Assembly: GCA_003971905.1 (NCBI GenBank)
Contig: RSEE01000026.1
Span: 186,001 to 250,000 of the forward strand
DNA: 64,000 nt
Reading direction: 5' to 3'
Source: Moniliella sp. 'wahieum'
Lineage: Eukaryota
The notes under the pieces were generated by a model. That model was given only the letters and a program-made list of their open reading frames with translations. It had not been told where the DNA came from and ran no database searches. This document shows, in pieces, positions 1-12,700 of the stretch. Positions within the stretch are counted from its first letter, which is position 1; every line of letters starts with the position of its first letter. The position numbers and the translations under genes are program-made.

Positions 1-443
1 CGACCCCCGTGAGAACAAGTGGGCCGACAAGGCATGGAAGAAGCGCGCCCTCGGCAACTTCTACAAATCATCCCCTACTGCTGGCTCTTCTCAGGCCAAG
101 GCATCGTTCTTGAGAAGGTTGGTGTTGAGGCCAAGCAGCCCAACTCTGCCATCCGCAAGTGTGTTCGTGTCCAGCTGATCAAAAACGGCAAGAAAGTTGC
201 CGCCTTCGTTCCCCACGACGGTTGCCTCAACTTCGTTGATGAGAACGATGAGGTGCTCATCGAGGGTTTCGGCCGTAAGGGTAAGGCCAAGGGTGACATT
301 CCCGGTGTGCGTTTCCGTGTTATCAAGGTGTCCGGGTCGGTACGTACCTCTTTCTCCCTTGGTTTTGACGACTTGGACTGACATTCTGCACCCAGGTCTG
401 TACGCCACTCTTCCGTGAGAAGAAAGAGAAGCCGCGTTCTTGA
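1..443 (+). CDS. RPS23: 40S ribosomal protein S23 (uS12), 5'-truncated by the window edge; intron 340-395
   Basis: Translates to [14 protein letters not shown]..., then [44 protein letters not shown]...[15 protein letters not shown]. Intron GTACGT(340)..CTGAC..CAG(395). Last exon ends ...[12 protein letters not shown](441-443). Apparent 1-nt indels are present. Confidence 0.97.
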
Positions 444-1236
444 ACAATACACACATTATGTATGATGAGCTGCATCCACACCATTAATCCCTGTTTGAGC
501 GGCATTGCTTCTTCTGCATCTCCGTATGACGATTGGTTTCACTATGTGCCTCGCCCGAAAAATGTGTCTGAAACCCCCAACTCACCATGGTGATTTTTAC
601 AGGGTTTTTGCGTAGCTTCGCGAAGTCAAAGCAGGAGTCGTAGCTGTTTACTAGTAGCATCATTGGAATGAATCACTACTAGTACTAACATGTTGATAGA
701 AGGCCCATCCGGGGATAATTGATTCATCCCCTGTTTATACGCGCCTACGAATTTCCTTTTCCAACTCCCCCGCCACCGGGGCTGTGGAATCCATAGCAGT
801 ATCATGCCATCTCGGACTGATGCGATCGCTTTGCCTTAGAACTACGGAGAAAATAAAAGGACAAGCAAAATGAGCTAAAGGTTTAAGGGAAAAGGAAAGG
901 GAGCCGCAGTCGGTGATATCATTCAGGGGCATGCATCATGAGAATGACGCCGGGCGTGAAGCGCAAGGCGTAAAACATGAGGCAACAAGCTCTTCGAGCT
1001 TACTGGGGTAAAAGAAACAAAAGTTAATGGCGCTGAGCGGCTGAGCTCAGTCGGAGCACATCAATGGACCGTGGCAAAAAATCACAGGGGGACCGAAGTG
1101 GAGAAAGGGACGTGAGACCGAGAAGGGGCACGTAACAACAGGTGGGATCGTGAGATCAAAAGACACCAATGAGACACAAAAAAGAGAGTTTGGCACGTAG
1201 AGCACTGAGTGACGTTGGAAGTTTTTAAATGGAAGG

Positions 1237-3055
1237 CTCAGGGTCTTCTCGCCCAGGGAGGATTCGGCCATCTTGCCCTCCTGCAGCTTCTCCTCACCAA
1301 TCTTCTCCATGTCCTCAGCCGTGACGAGGGCGGCGACTTCTTTGCCAGTGACAAGAGCGCGGCGGGAAGTGTAGCCAGGAGGGCACCAGCTACGGCTGTT
1401 CCAGGGCTTGCAGCTGGGGTCGTGGTACATGAGGTCGACTTGCTCCAGACTGAGGCCTTGGGTCTCACGCACAAAGAAGAAGACGATGAACGCGTTCACA
1501 ATGTTCCAGGCGGCAAAGATGAAACCGTAGGCTGAGGAGAATCGTGTTAACGAAACAACGTGAAGAACAGGAAAAAACGTACCATAGCCAATGTTGCCAG
1601 TAATGGCTGAGTGAGAAAGCCAAGGCAAAGTTCCACGCCCAGTTGGTGGCCGTCGACAAAGCTGCTGCTTGGCACGAGTGCGCGAGCCGAAGTTCTCACC
1701 GCACCAGACCCACACGGCCGGAGACCAGGTGCAGGCAAGGCAGAAAACGTAGAAGCAACCAGCGCAGGTCATGAGGTCACCGATGGACTTGGAAACGTGG
1801 GGGTCGCCCATTTTGTGACTTTCGTTACCCGCAACACCTGCGATGGCGAACACGAACAGCCAGATAGAGCACCCAACGGAACCGTACAAGAGGGTGTTGC
1901 GACGTCCCCATGCTTCCACCATCCAGAGACCAGGAGCAGTGCAAACGAAGTTGACAGCACCAAGAATGATTTGAGTGACGTACGAGTCAGGCCGGCGTTC
2001 GCAAACACTGGTTACCATAAAAGAAGAAGTCTAGGGAAAGCAGAGAAAGTTAGTAACAGGAAGGAGGTGATGGGATTAAATCCAACTTACAGTTGCCGCC
2101 GCAGAGTTGCTGGCCCATTTGAAGGGTCATGCCCATGATCGTGGGAAGCAGGTGGAGTTCTCAGACCGGAAGCAGTCCGCCCACGTGGCCTCAGACGCGT
2201 TGGACTTCTTCTCCTCTTCGATGCTCTGGACAAGGGCGTTGTAGTCAGCCTCGACTTGAGGGTCGTTGTCCTCAACGGACACACCGTGCATCACAGCGAT
2301 CGCCCTCTTGCTTCGTCGAAACGGCCCTTTTGAGCACTGATAGTAGGAGACTCTGGCGTGAGGATCGCCAATGCTTGGATCATGGCAAAGAGGAAGCCCA
2401 TAGCAACCAAAATCCGCCCACGAGGCCGAGTCGTGTTGGACCCGCGTAACGAGAGTACCGATGGCAATGGCGTACGCCAAGAGATGCCGAGGGTAATCGC
2501 AAATTGGAAGAACCCTCCCATCATACCACGGATTGGACCCGGCATAAGCTCCGACTGATAGACAGGAGCAAGAGCGGAGGACATGCCAATGCCGTAGCCA
2601 GAGACCAGACGGCCAATGCCAAATTGAACCCAAGAGTGTTCCGAAGCAACCTTGATGATGCAACCAATGATAATCCAAATGGCGGAAATCTGAACGCAGT
2701 ACTTGGTGCCCAGTGCCTTTTGCCAGATGTTGCCGGTAAGGGCACCGACACCACAGCCAATTGACATAAAGCCGGTGATCAGACCCTGAAGCCACTTGGA
2801 CCAGGCCTTCTGGTACTTGCCATCAGTGTGGGTGACGGGACCAGTCGCAAAACGGCGTTGGAAGTCCTCCATGGATACAACCCGGCCATAATACCGGTTT
2901 CGTATCCGAACTGTTGACCCGAGAAATGGTTAGCAAATATTGCATCCCTGTTGTTGGGTGGCATACGGGGAAATACATACGTTAAGGCCGGCACCAATGG
3001 TCACCAAGGTGACCAGGTAGACCATGACACCAATTCGAGTGCCAGCGATTTGCAT
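1237..3055 (-). CDS. MFS sugar porter (hexose transporter family), multi-exon, frameshifted in the assembly
   Basis: ATG at 3055 (MQIAGTRIGVMVYL), then GTATGT intron, FGYETG, GRLVSGYGIG..PVYQSE..P..IRG..FQFAITLGI, PESP, WGRRNTLL and ETQGLSLEQVD, all sugar-porter motifs. The 3' end is approximate. Confidence 0.92.
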
Positions 3056-6000
3056 AATGAATGACGGAGAGTTGAAAAACTTTTCTCAATAGGGAAGGAG
3101 GGGGGAGGGTGCACCTCAACAAGCCTTTGGTGGTAGGTCGACTGAATGAGCCGTAAGGGGAAGCGCAGCAGGGAGGTGAGGGTAAGAAGAAAAGGAAGCG
3201 CCAGTGGATAGGCAATGGTGCCGTTTTATACTTCGCTCCTGGGAGGAAAAAATCGACATCCCCCCCCGAGAGGACGCAAGAGAGGCTGGATTCCTGCTGC
3301 ATGGCTGCCCTGTGTATGCGGCCATGCCACCTGTCACCGGTCACCGGTGACCTGCGGGCACAGGCGTGTGTGACATGTGACACACAAATGCGCCCCACGG
3401 GGGCCGCGACTGTCATCGACCGAGAAACATCAGCGCTTGACTGCGGACGGGGGAGGCTGGGGTACTGGGGGATCGTAGAGAACCCCCCAGTTGCTCTCCA
3501 GCCTCTCCAGACACAACCCTGGCTTCCTGCCCCTCGTGCCCCAGGATGTTCCCATTATAACCGGTAACCAACCTGCGCGCCAACATGGAACTGTAAAACG
3601 CGTATAACCGCGGCGTAATACTAACCAGAGCAATCATGTCCAGCTCAGGTACATCAACACTCCCAATAGGTACCATCCAATATAGAGCCACTCAAGAGGT
3701 CTGGGTCAAAGTGACGGGAGTCAAATATGTGTTGGCCCCGCTCAGGCACTACCGACGTATTTCTGGTCACTTCACCTCGCAACTCTCCCCTGTCACAGCT
3801 GGCTAGCCCTCTATCCCGTGTGGCCACGAGAGTTAGTTGGATTGTCTTACTCAGTCCGCCAACTTACCAATGATGATCCTCTTCAAGTGAATGATCGATG
3901 ATCGACGAGGTCCCTGTGACCTGCCTCGCCTCAGGCCCTCAGGCCCTGAGGCCTCACTCCGGTAACCTGAGGTCTAAAGCACTCGCGTCCGAAGGAAGCC
4001 GTTTCCCCACCATCCACATGCCTCAGGCGTCAACGTCTCAACACCCCCCCATCATACATCATGCATCAATCATCGACTACAACATCCCACCGAGGGCAGG
4101 TGGTCCTGGTCACGCGCACTATCCAACTAGCCACATCTTTGTGTGCTAGTCCCCTCGTCACCGTCATCGCTTGATAGACCCTCAGCGCCTTGGCAGAGCT
4201 TGACGCGTATGGCCCAAGGCCCAAGCGCTGTTGAATATTCGTCGCCCTGTGCCCCCCCCCCCACACCAAGGATCCAAGTGCTCCCCATCTCTCTGACCAA
4301 TGATTTCGACGATCCTGCTAGTGATGATTAACGCATAATTTAATGAGTGCTCGCCGATCTTGGACCGACCCCAGAATATACATACACGCGCGCGTGTCAA
4401 GTTCAGGCACTCTCTCCAGAGCCTCGGAACCCCTCTACATGCACTGTGGATTGAATATTGAGCATCAGATCTCAGATCTCAGACCAAAGAGAATATATCT
4501 GTCCACCACGGCCATCCACCTCGAATTGGAAAGCCTTGCAAAGGTCATCTTCCGGAACAATGTGTACATGCGCACATGAAGGTTGTACTCACAACTATCA
4601 TCAGGAGGATATAGTATACCTTCCTTCTTCCCTTGTTGATTGTTCGCGATATCCATCAGAGGAGAGAAGACCCGATGTAAGCCTGTAACGGGGGAACAAC
4701 AGCCAGACCCTAAGAATGAGATCTCATGGTGCTGGAGAAGAGTACAGCAGCTGTCTGAACCAATCCGAAGGCAAACCAAGGCCAGCCCCCCATCGATAAT
4801 GCATAATTGCATGATGAGACTACATTGCTACCCCCATCACACTTCCACCGCTTTCATGCTGCAAGCCTCTCCGTCGCATTCACATGCCATTGGTCAGCGG
4901 CCTGTCTCATCATGCATCAGCGCACAGCGCTCGCGCTCGCATGTCACCGGTGACTCGCACCTGTCAAACTGTCAAGCTGTCAAGCTTCCGTTCGTCCGAG
5001 ACGCGTGTCACTGGTCACGCGTCACTAATCACCGATCACCGTGCCCCCCGCGGACCACACAGTCTCACTTTCTCCGCATATTCCAATTCTTCTTGGTTTT
5101 GCCAGATCTCCATCTCACGCGTCACGCGTCACAGTGTAACACTTTTTAATTGGTCCGGATGTATTGTTTCAACCTCTACTAACTAGTAGCTAGTAACTCT
5201 ACCAACTCTAGTGCTTAGTACCTCGTACTACCCAACGGTCTGCACCATCTATCCTATGTTAGTCTGATACATCCTGTACCTTTTGGACAGTTCTCGCGCG
5301 CTCGCATGTCATATGTCACGCGTCTCACAGCGCTTAATTGGGGGCGATTGGCACTTTGTACTTATTACATTACCGCCGGTTACCGGTTACCCGCTACCTG
5401 TTACCAGTTACCGGTTACAAGCCTCAGGCTCAGGCTCAGGCCCTCCTCAGGCCTCAGGGGCCTCAGGCTTTCAGGCTCATCCAGGCGTAGGACTCATGCA
5501 TGAGTCATTACCCCGTTCACATCCGCGCGGAACTTCGCATCACTGCTTGGTCCGCACAGAGGTCTACTTGTGGACTGAGCCTCAGTACTGAGCCATTTGG
5601 CTGCACCATGTGGAAAGACCGGAAGAACCCAAGGGGTTGGGCGCTGAACCTCTGGAAATGTAGAGCAAGCAATCGCGGTGGTGGTGGTGGTTGGGTCTAA
5701 GCCTTATGCCACACCTAGAGGAGGCAGGGGTTCAAACAAGCCTGAGTATATATATACGTGGAGGCTTCGGAGGTCGAATAAGGGGCAAAGGGCGATAAGG
5801 CCGCGCCTTGATTGCCTATGTAGGGGACCGCCCGTCCCAACACAGTGCGACATGCGACAGAGATCGAGGGTACCTATAAAATGTACCGACGAGCCTTTCG
5901 TTCTCGATCAGGTATCCTGGGGCGACTTGCGCGAGTATGTTGATGAGTTCCTGAGATGCATAGTGCATGGGGCATGGGGCACGATGCATGATGCATGATC

Positions 6001-6803
6001 GGTGATCGATGATCCGCGGCGGTCTTTCTTCTTCGCGGTGACCGGTGACCGGACCGGTGCGAACGGTGGAATGTCGTTGAGCAATGCGTCGGAGGTCTGA
6101 GGGCTTGAGACTTGACATGTGACATCTGAGTGGACTGAGATCTGAGAAGGCCAGCGGCGTGCCTAAGACAACGCTATGTGAGATCTGAGATCCGAGAGCA
6201 CCACACCAATGTTGCCATTTGAAGAAACACCCTTCTTATTTGTGTGCATTCCATTGACAGAGCTTAAGGCTGGGACAGGGGGAACGCTACGTCTAAACCG
6301 AACCGTTCATCTTGCGGGGGTTACTTGGATATAAGCGTGTACAGTGACATCGTGTGTGGGGCCATGTGTACCACATATGCGTTCCCAACACACGCATATG
6401 GGAAGGTCTTTCGGCGTATACGAAAGACAGACACATACTCTCTATCCCCTTCGTCGTCAGTTGTGGCCCCATGTGATGCCCTTTTCTCTTCATTTTCAGT
6501 ATAACACAACAGAGCTGCTACTGTTGTTAGAGTGTGCATGGGGCGAAGTGACGACACCAAACACTTATTGGCATGTTCTTGGTTCTCTATCGGCCCAGTT
6601 CCTTGTAACATGTAAGCGGAACTGCTTGCTGTGTTTCTCAACCAGCGCGCCTCAATATTGAATCCAGAGAGCGTCGCGTCTCGTCCCCCTTCTTTGCCTC
6701 CGTGCTGCACTCAAAAATGATTGGATGGGTAAATTGTTTGAGTTGGATGTGCGATAATCGATGAGCAAAGCCATTCCTACAAAAGACATGCCGGTCCGGA
6801 AGC

Positions 6804-6910
6804 GACACTTTAGGGCAGTGGTTACCCCGTTCGCCTGCTATATGAAGCACCTTGCTACAAGGGCCAGCGAATCCTCTCTGAGGGCGTGAGTTCGAATCTC
6901 ACAGGTGTCG
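6804..6910 (+). tRNA. tRNA-Ser(GCT) with a 25-nt canonical-position intron (6841-6865)
   Basis: Acceptor stem GACACTT/AGGTGTC plus discriminator G. D-arm GGGCAGTGGTTACCC. Anticodon stem TTCGC/GCGAA with loop CT-GCT-A[intron]A. Long variable arm CCTC-TCT-GAGG. T-arm GTGAG-TTCGAAT-CTCAC. T-run terminator just downstream. Confidence 0.95.
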
Positions 6911-7618
6911 AATTCTTTTTCTGCTCCTCGGCTTGATATTTTACTTTTGCCTTCGTTCTGTGCGGGCTACAATTTGAGGTTAGTAGGTCATCTACTAAAC
7001 GTACTAAACACCAGCCATGTCCAAAACATTATTTACTGTTGCAAGAGGGAAAGACTATAGAGGGGGAACATCTCCCACTTAGCAGGCAGGAAATGGAAGA
7101 GTCTTGGAGCAGGAAAAACCATAATGAAAGGTGAGCTCTCTGCCGTCAGCCAGGAACGAAGGGAACGATGAAGAAAAGAGATCGACTTGGAGCGAGAACA
7201 GGACGCGCAGAACAGAGCTTCGATCCCTTTGACACAGAGCTTCGATCCCTTTATTGGTGTGTAAAAGGTTCAAGTAGAAATAAATCAAAGAGCATGGGCA
7301 CCAACAAAAAGCGACTCACCGGCCACCTTTTACTCGGGCATACAACTGGGACTTAATCTATGTCCTACTTAAACGGGAACATGCCCCGTTTAGACGCAAC
7401 ACATGGGTTGCTCGGAGAAGAGCCAACCCGGTCATGATGATGTAGACAGAACCGACGCTAGGGAGACACGGGGAGTGCGTGGGATCACCCCGGCTCGCAA
7501 CAAACAGAGTGGTTGAGTTGAGAGCTGTCCTGTGATCTACTAATCAATACCCCGTCTGCACAACCACGTTCATGTCATCCTCCAGTAGCTCCATATATAC
7601 AGTATCCGCCCCCAAACA

Positions 7619-9057
7619 TCAATTTGCTGTACCAGGGCGATGAGCGAGCGTTTGTTGGACTCGTTGTAATTCCACCAAAAGCTCATCCAAGCTCCCTTGT
7701 AACGTCGCTTCGTCGTCTTCGCGGTGCTCTTCCTTAGCCTGACGTAGGAATGTAAACAGCTGAACCGCCTGCTCTGACAACGTAGCGAGCAGCAGTTGAT
7801 TTTCCTCGTCGGGCAGGGACTCTGCTGCTCCGCTGGACCAATGCGCTGTAGTGAAGATGGGGGGGGCGGAACTGTACGGCCCAAGAGGGACATATGTTTT
7901 TCGATGAAAAGCTCTGCGCGGCGGGAAATCGCTCTGCAGATCCGTTGGCTGTCTGGAGAGGTAGGACAGAGGTGCCGGAGGAGTTGTTGGTACTGATCCC
8001 GGTAGAGTCGGAGCTGGGTGGTAAAATACGCCGGGTCTGTGTCTGTTTCTCCAGGTCCCGAAGCCGCATCAATGGGCGAGGGAGTCAATGGGCAGTCTTG
8101 AATGAGAAGGAGTATTTCTGCCTCGAGACGGAGGAGGGAAGCATGGGTGCCCACCCACTCTGGTGTAGGGGGTGAAGAATGGGTGTACACTTCGTCCCGA
8201 CACGTGGTGCAAAGACGCCCTCCCTCTAGTGTGGGAGATAGTGAGTCAAGACTAACCACCCGGGAGCACTCCTGCCCACCACACACGCACTTTCCACACA
8301 GGCGGCAGTGGTGTCGTCTCCAAAGAAACGTGAATGTGGTGGAACAGAGTGCACACCGTTGGGCCTCCACCGAGGCATCGGGCACCCAACGTACAATGCT
8401 CATCTCCCCTTGACGAAGAGATGCGCCACCAGCATGGAGGGCGCGCAGCTTGTCCCATCGCCGCAAGATGCGTTGGGTCTGCAGTAGCTCCATACGTCGT
8501 TCCGGGCATGCGAGGACAACATTGCGCGCAGCTACAAAAGTGCTGGTCAGGTCCCTCTGCACTCCCGGACCAGGTGGTAGGAGTGTGACCGGAGACGGAG
8601 GGGGTGGGGAGGATAGACGCCTAATGCGAGTTGGCGGGCGCTCACCGTTGGCGGTGTCCTTCTGCACGCGCACAAAAGGAGTAGAGAAGGAGCGCGAATG
8701 ATGGGGGACACGCTGATGTGGGGAGTGGTGGAACGAGCTGGGGGAGAGGTCGGTCCACGACTGTTGGCCCTGAAGTATGGACGGGAGAGGGATATCGTCA
8801 CTGTCACTCCGCCGTGGGGGGAGGAATGTGCATAGCGCGTGGGTGGTCGGGGAGGGAGAGGATCAAAGCGGGGCAGACTTCGCAGGCTAGGGAATTCGTC
8901 GAACTGGGAAGAAGAAGTGATAGAGCGGGTGGACGAGGGGGAGGAGCCCCACGTGTTGAACTGGAACGGCGACTCAACTTCGTCCTTTTCCTCGTGAGCA
9001 GGAGCCTGCACAACTGGTTGGGGTGCAAAAGAAGGATCAACCATAGGAGCAGGAGCA

Positions 9058-9089
<32 letters not shown>

Positions 9090-9099
9090 ATCCGGAGCC

Positions 9100-9178
<79 letters not shown>

Positions 9179-9304
9179 CTCTGGCGGGGGCGGCGGGGGC
9201 CAGGCAAAGAAGTGGGGGTTGGGAGAGGCGACTTTGGGGGAAGGGAGTGGAGGGAAGAAAAAAGTTGGCCGGTCTGATGCCGTCCGATTGCCTGGATCCC
9301 CCAT
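7619..9304 (-). CDS. PEP7: Rabenosyn-5/Vac1/Pep7-like FYVE-domain endosomal tethering protein
   Basis: FYVE motifs WVPD, CALC, RRHHCRLCGKCVC and RLCTTC, preceded by LRRWDKL..EMSIVRW. An alternative frame at the 3' end gives a Rab-binding (Rbsn)-like helix EQAVQLFTFLRQAKEEHREDDEATLQGSLDELLVELQ. The Pro/Ala-rich N-terminus is joined across indels. Confidence 0.82.
9045..9180. repeat. (GGAGCA/GGAGCC)n hexamer microsatellite encoding a (PA)n tract
   Basis: About 22 tandem hexamers, directly visible, with one unit short by 1 nt. Confidence 0.95.
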
Positions 9305-9763
9305 CTTGCCGCCGAGGGGGAGCGGGGGAGTGGGGATGGGGGAGGGGTGGGGGATGGTGATGGGGAAGGGATCGTAGGTGTGTGGCGCAAGCGCGCGGCG
9401 AGCAGGCTCGCGCCACACGATCACTCTTTCAACTGTTCACACTGGGCGACGCTCACGAATCGTCTCCGACGACAGCCTTGACAAAAAAGCTCCAGTCGTA
9501 GTCCTCTGTCCTCTCCGTTTGAGCGCGCCGAGCCTCAATACCATACAAATCTGCCGGGACCGGCTCATTGATGATGGAGGAAGGAAAGTGAGTGGCGTGG
9601 CGGACACCATTTTTTCTATTCATGTCAGCATGTTCCACTCCCCTTCAGAGATTGGCCGCCTTCTCATTTTCAATCTGAAGCACGCCGAAACAGCCGCTGC
9701 CTCCCTTCCCTCTCCGGCTGCTACAGTCAACACCACAGACAATCATATTCAATCCAAACAAGA

Positions 9764-12700
9764 TCAAGGAGCAGCCCGACTACCAGAGAGCCGCCCTGAA
9801 CGGTTTGAGCGGGAAGCAGGATATCCTGGCGGCCGGGCGGCCGTATACGCCAGCGGCTGCGAGGGCGTATACGAGGCGGGCGAAGAAGGAGCCAGGGCTG
9901 GAGCTGGCGGAGGAAGCTGGCCGAGTGAAGGAGTGTAACGGGATGAGAAACGAGACCAGCTGCTGGTGGACGGGCACCAGGGTTGCGCGCACCGCGCCCT
10001 CCCTTGCGACGGATCGTGGAGCGCATGGGCGCATGAGTCGCTGAAGAGAACATCTTGCTCAGTTGCTGCTTCATCTCAAGCTGCTGCGAAAGGAATTCCT
10101 GTGTGCCTGGCCGCATCCTATGTATGTTGTGTCAGTTTTGGAAGAAAACAACAAGGTGAGCAAGGGACGTACCGCAACAGCCGCATGATGACCTCTTCGT
10201 TAGAAAAGTCGTCCTGCCCTCTCTTTTGCTCTTTGCGCTTCTTGATCGTTCCCAGCGAGCGCTGGTTCATACGCTCTTGGATCGTCCCAACCTGTCTGCC
10301 CCGCCTGTTGTCGGAGGGATACTTGCATCGCTTTGGCGCATTGGAGCATCAGCTCGTCCGTCGACAGGTCGTGCAACGTCTCGTATTCGTCCAACTCGCG
10401 GAAACGGTGATTGTGCAGCACCTCGGGTGGAAGTCCGTTGAACTCGTTCGTGTCCGCATCCGGGCAAGAAAGTAGTTGCGTGTAAATCCTTTCCACTTCA
10501 TCACTATCGCCACTTCGTCATGAGACAGTTGCCGCATGTCAGATGGCTCGTCCGACAGCGGCGGCAATAGAATCCCCTGCAGTGTGATGAGTAACTGTTT
10601 CCACACCTTGGTAAGTACCGTAGTCCGTTCTTCCGGAGAGGTTCTCGCTTAACGTGGCCAGCACCTGGTCCAAATAGTCAAAGAGCGGCGCGATCGCGTT
10701 CTCAATTTCCGCATCGGTCAGTTCGGTCTTTTTGCTTTTCCCACCCAATGAACTTTTCCGCGGTCGGCGGCGCGACAGGAGGGATGACCCCCTCAGAGCT
10801 CGTCGTTGCAGCCCAAGCCGAGGCGGCCATGTCCTTTACCAGGTTCATGCCCCGTCCAATGTTGAGCTGGGCAGTAGAAGCGACAAGAGAGGGTGTCTTA
10901 ACCAGCGCTTTGACCGTTTGGGGAGAGGCAGTGCCGGATAAAGAGGCTGATTTGGTCTACAATCATCCGCACCATTTCGCTCTCAGCCCGCTGAGCGAGC
11001 GGAAGGCTCGGCCAAAGTAGAACAGGATATCATCCCTCTCCTTCTCGACCGAAATGCGGAGAAGGAGTTTGCCCTGGGTATCAAGTTCGAGCCAAATGTC
11101 GTGAGACTGCATGTCAAGGAACACGCTCGGGTCCAGCTTGATCTGAGTGCGGCCACAGGGAGAACGCTGGTTTCCCTTGCGCTCCCACACAATCAGTGTA
11201 AGCCACATCGCTTGTTCTTCGACCAGCACGTCAAACGCCTCGCTCCACTGTGGATCGGGTGTTTCGCAAATGATACGCGTCTCGCCCAAAGGCTTTCGCC
11301 GCCCCTCGTCCACCAATGCAACATAGGTGTCGAGCCTGGCTGTGCTGGCGCCACTGGAGGAGAGAAGACCTTCGGCTTGGACGACCTTGACAGTGAAGAG
11401 GAAGAGCTGCTTACCACCCTGCGTTAGCATCGTGGGTGCAGGCTCAAACTCCTCGTCTTCGGGCAACGCCGTAGCGTGCTGCGTCACGATCCGTGCTTGC
11501 GTATCGGCATCGATCTTGGTGTAGAGTGAGTCGAGAAGATGCCGGGCCTTTTGGATATTGTTGAGCTTGACACAGCTGGCAGGCTGAAGATCAAATTGCA
11601 CCACCTTCTGTTCTCCTCGCAGCGTCATTTTCGCCCGCTCCATCCATGCCGTCATCACCTGGGTCTCGCCCTGGCTTGCCTCTTGCGGAGCAACGGAGGC
11701 AGCAAAAATCTCCATCTTGAACATGTCCTCAATCCGGTGACAGTACTGTTCCACCGCAGTACTCACTGTTTTGGCCAAGGAGGTTTTGAATAAAGCCAGG
11801 GTAAACTTGTCGGGCCACTTGAGGGAATCGATAAATTCAAGAGGTTGATGGAGCGCAGTAAAGAGATCGTCAATTGAGCTGGAATGGTAGGCATCCATGC
11901 TATCAATCGGCTGGAACGTGTCGGCGCGCACCGCGTTGTCCACCCATTCGGGCGTCTTCTCGGACGTACGGAGAAGCCAATGCTCAATGTGCGGTTGGAA
12001 CCAGGCCACAATGTTAAACTCCCACTGCAATTCTGGACAGAAGACCTTGAACATCTTGCGCAGTTCCCCTAGGGCCTTGTAGAGCGCAAAGATGTCGTCA
12101 AACGGTGTTCCATCATCCCGCAACGCCTCGTCTACCACCGCAATCTTGTATGTTCCCAAGTCAGCCCAGTAAAGTGGTACTTGCTTCTCCAGTACCAGTG
12201 GGGGGAGGTCCAGCCTCGGCCCCAAGATTGGTTCGGGATACTGCTTGCTCAAGCGCTTAGTGCGCTTGTGAAGCCAATCGTACAACTTAAGCAAGAGGGC
12301 CGTGTGATCCCCTCCCATCTCAAAGATGTCGGTCGCGACAGAAGTGTACTCTTGGATAGCTTGGATCTGGATCAGGTCCCTTAAGTCTTCAATCCGCGCC
12401 TCCAGGAGAGCGGTCGCCGTTTCCCCAAGGAGGGAGTAGACTGATTCGGCGAGCTCGGCCCTTTGGTAGATCTCTCCGGCATCTTGATGATCCTGCAGAG
12501 CGCGGGTGAGTTCTTCAAGCGTGATTTGGAGGACACGGGTAAAGGTCTCCTGAAGGAGGAGCTGTTCCCTTCCCATCCACTCGCTGGGCATCTGGTCCTC
12601 GATCGCCTGCTGCACCCGATTTGTTACAGCAGAGACACAATCAATCGGGATGCTGATCGGGCCGTCTTGAAGATTCCAGCGCTCCAGGACGAGTTGGAGG

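Noticed and set aside
3333..6195. Interpreting the palindrome clusters as a cloning polylinker or CRISPR array
   Set aside because: The sites are tandemly reiterated, degenerate and dispersed over many intergenic regions. There is no vector backbone, no constant repeat with unique spacers and no cas gene.
6374..6405. Hairpin CATATGCGT..ACGCATATG with possible loop pairing to GGGAA
   Set aside because: A single short stem in palindrome-rich DNA is plausible by chance, and no other RNA-gene hallmarks are present.
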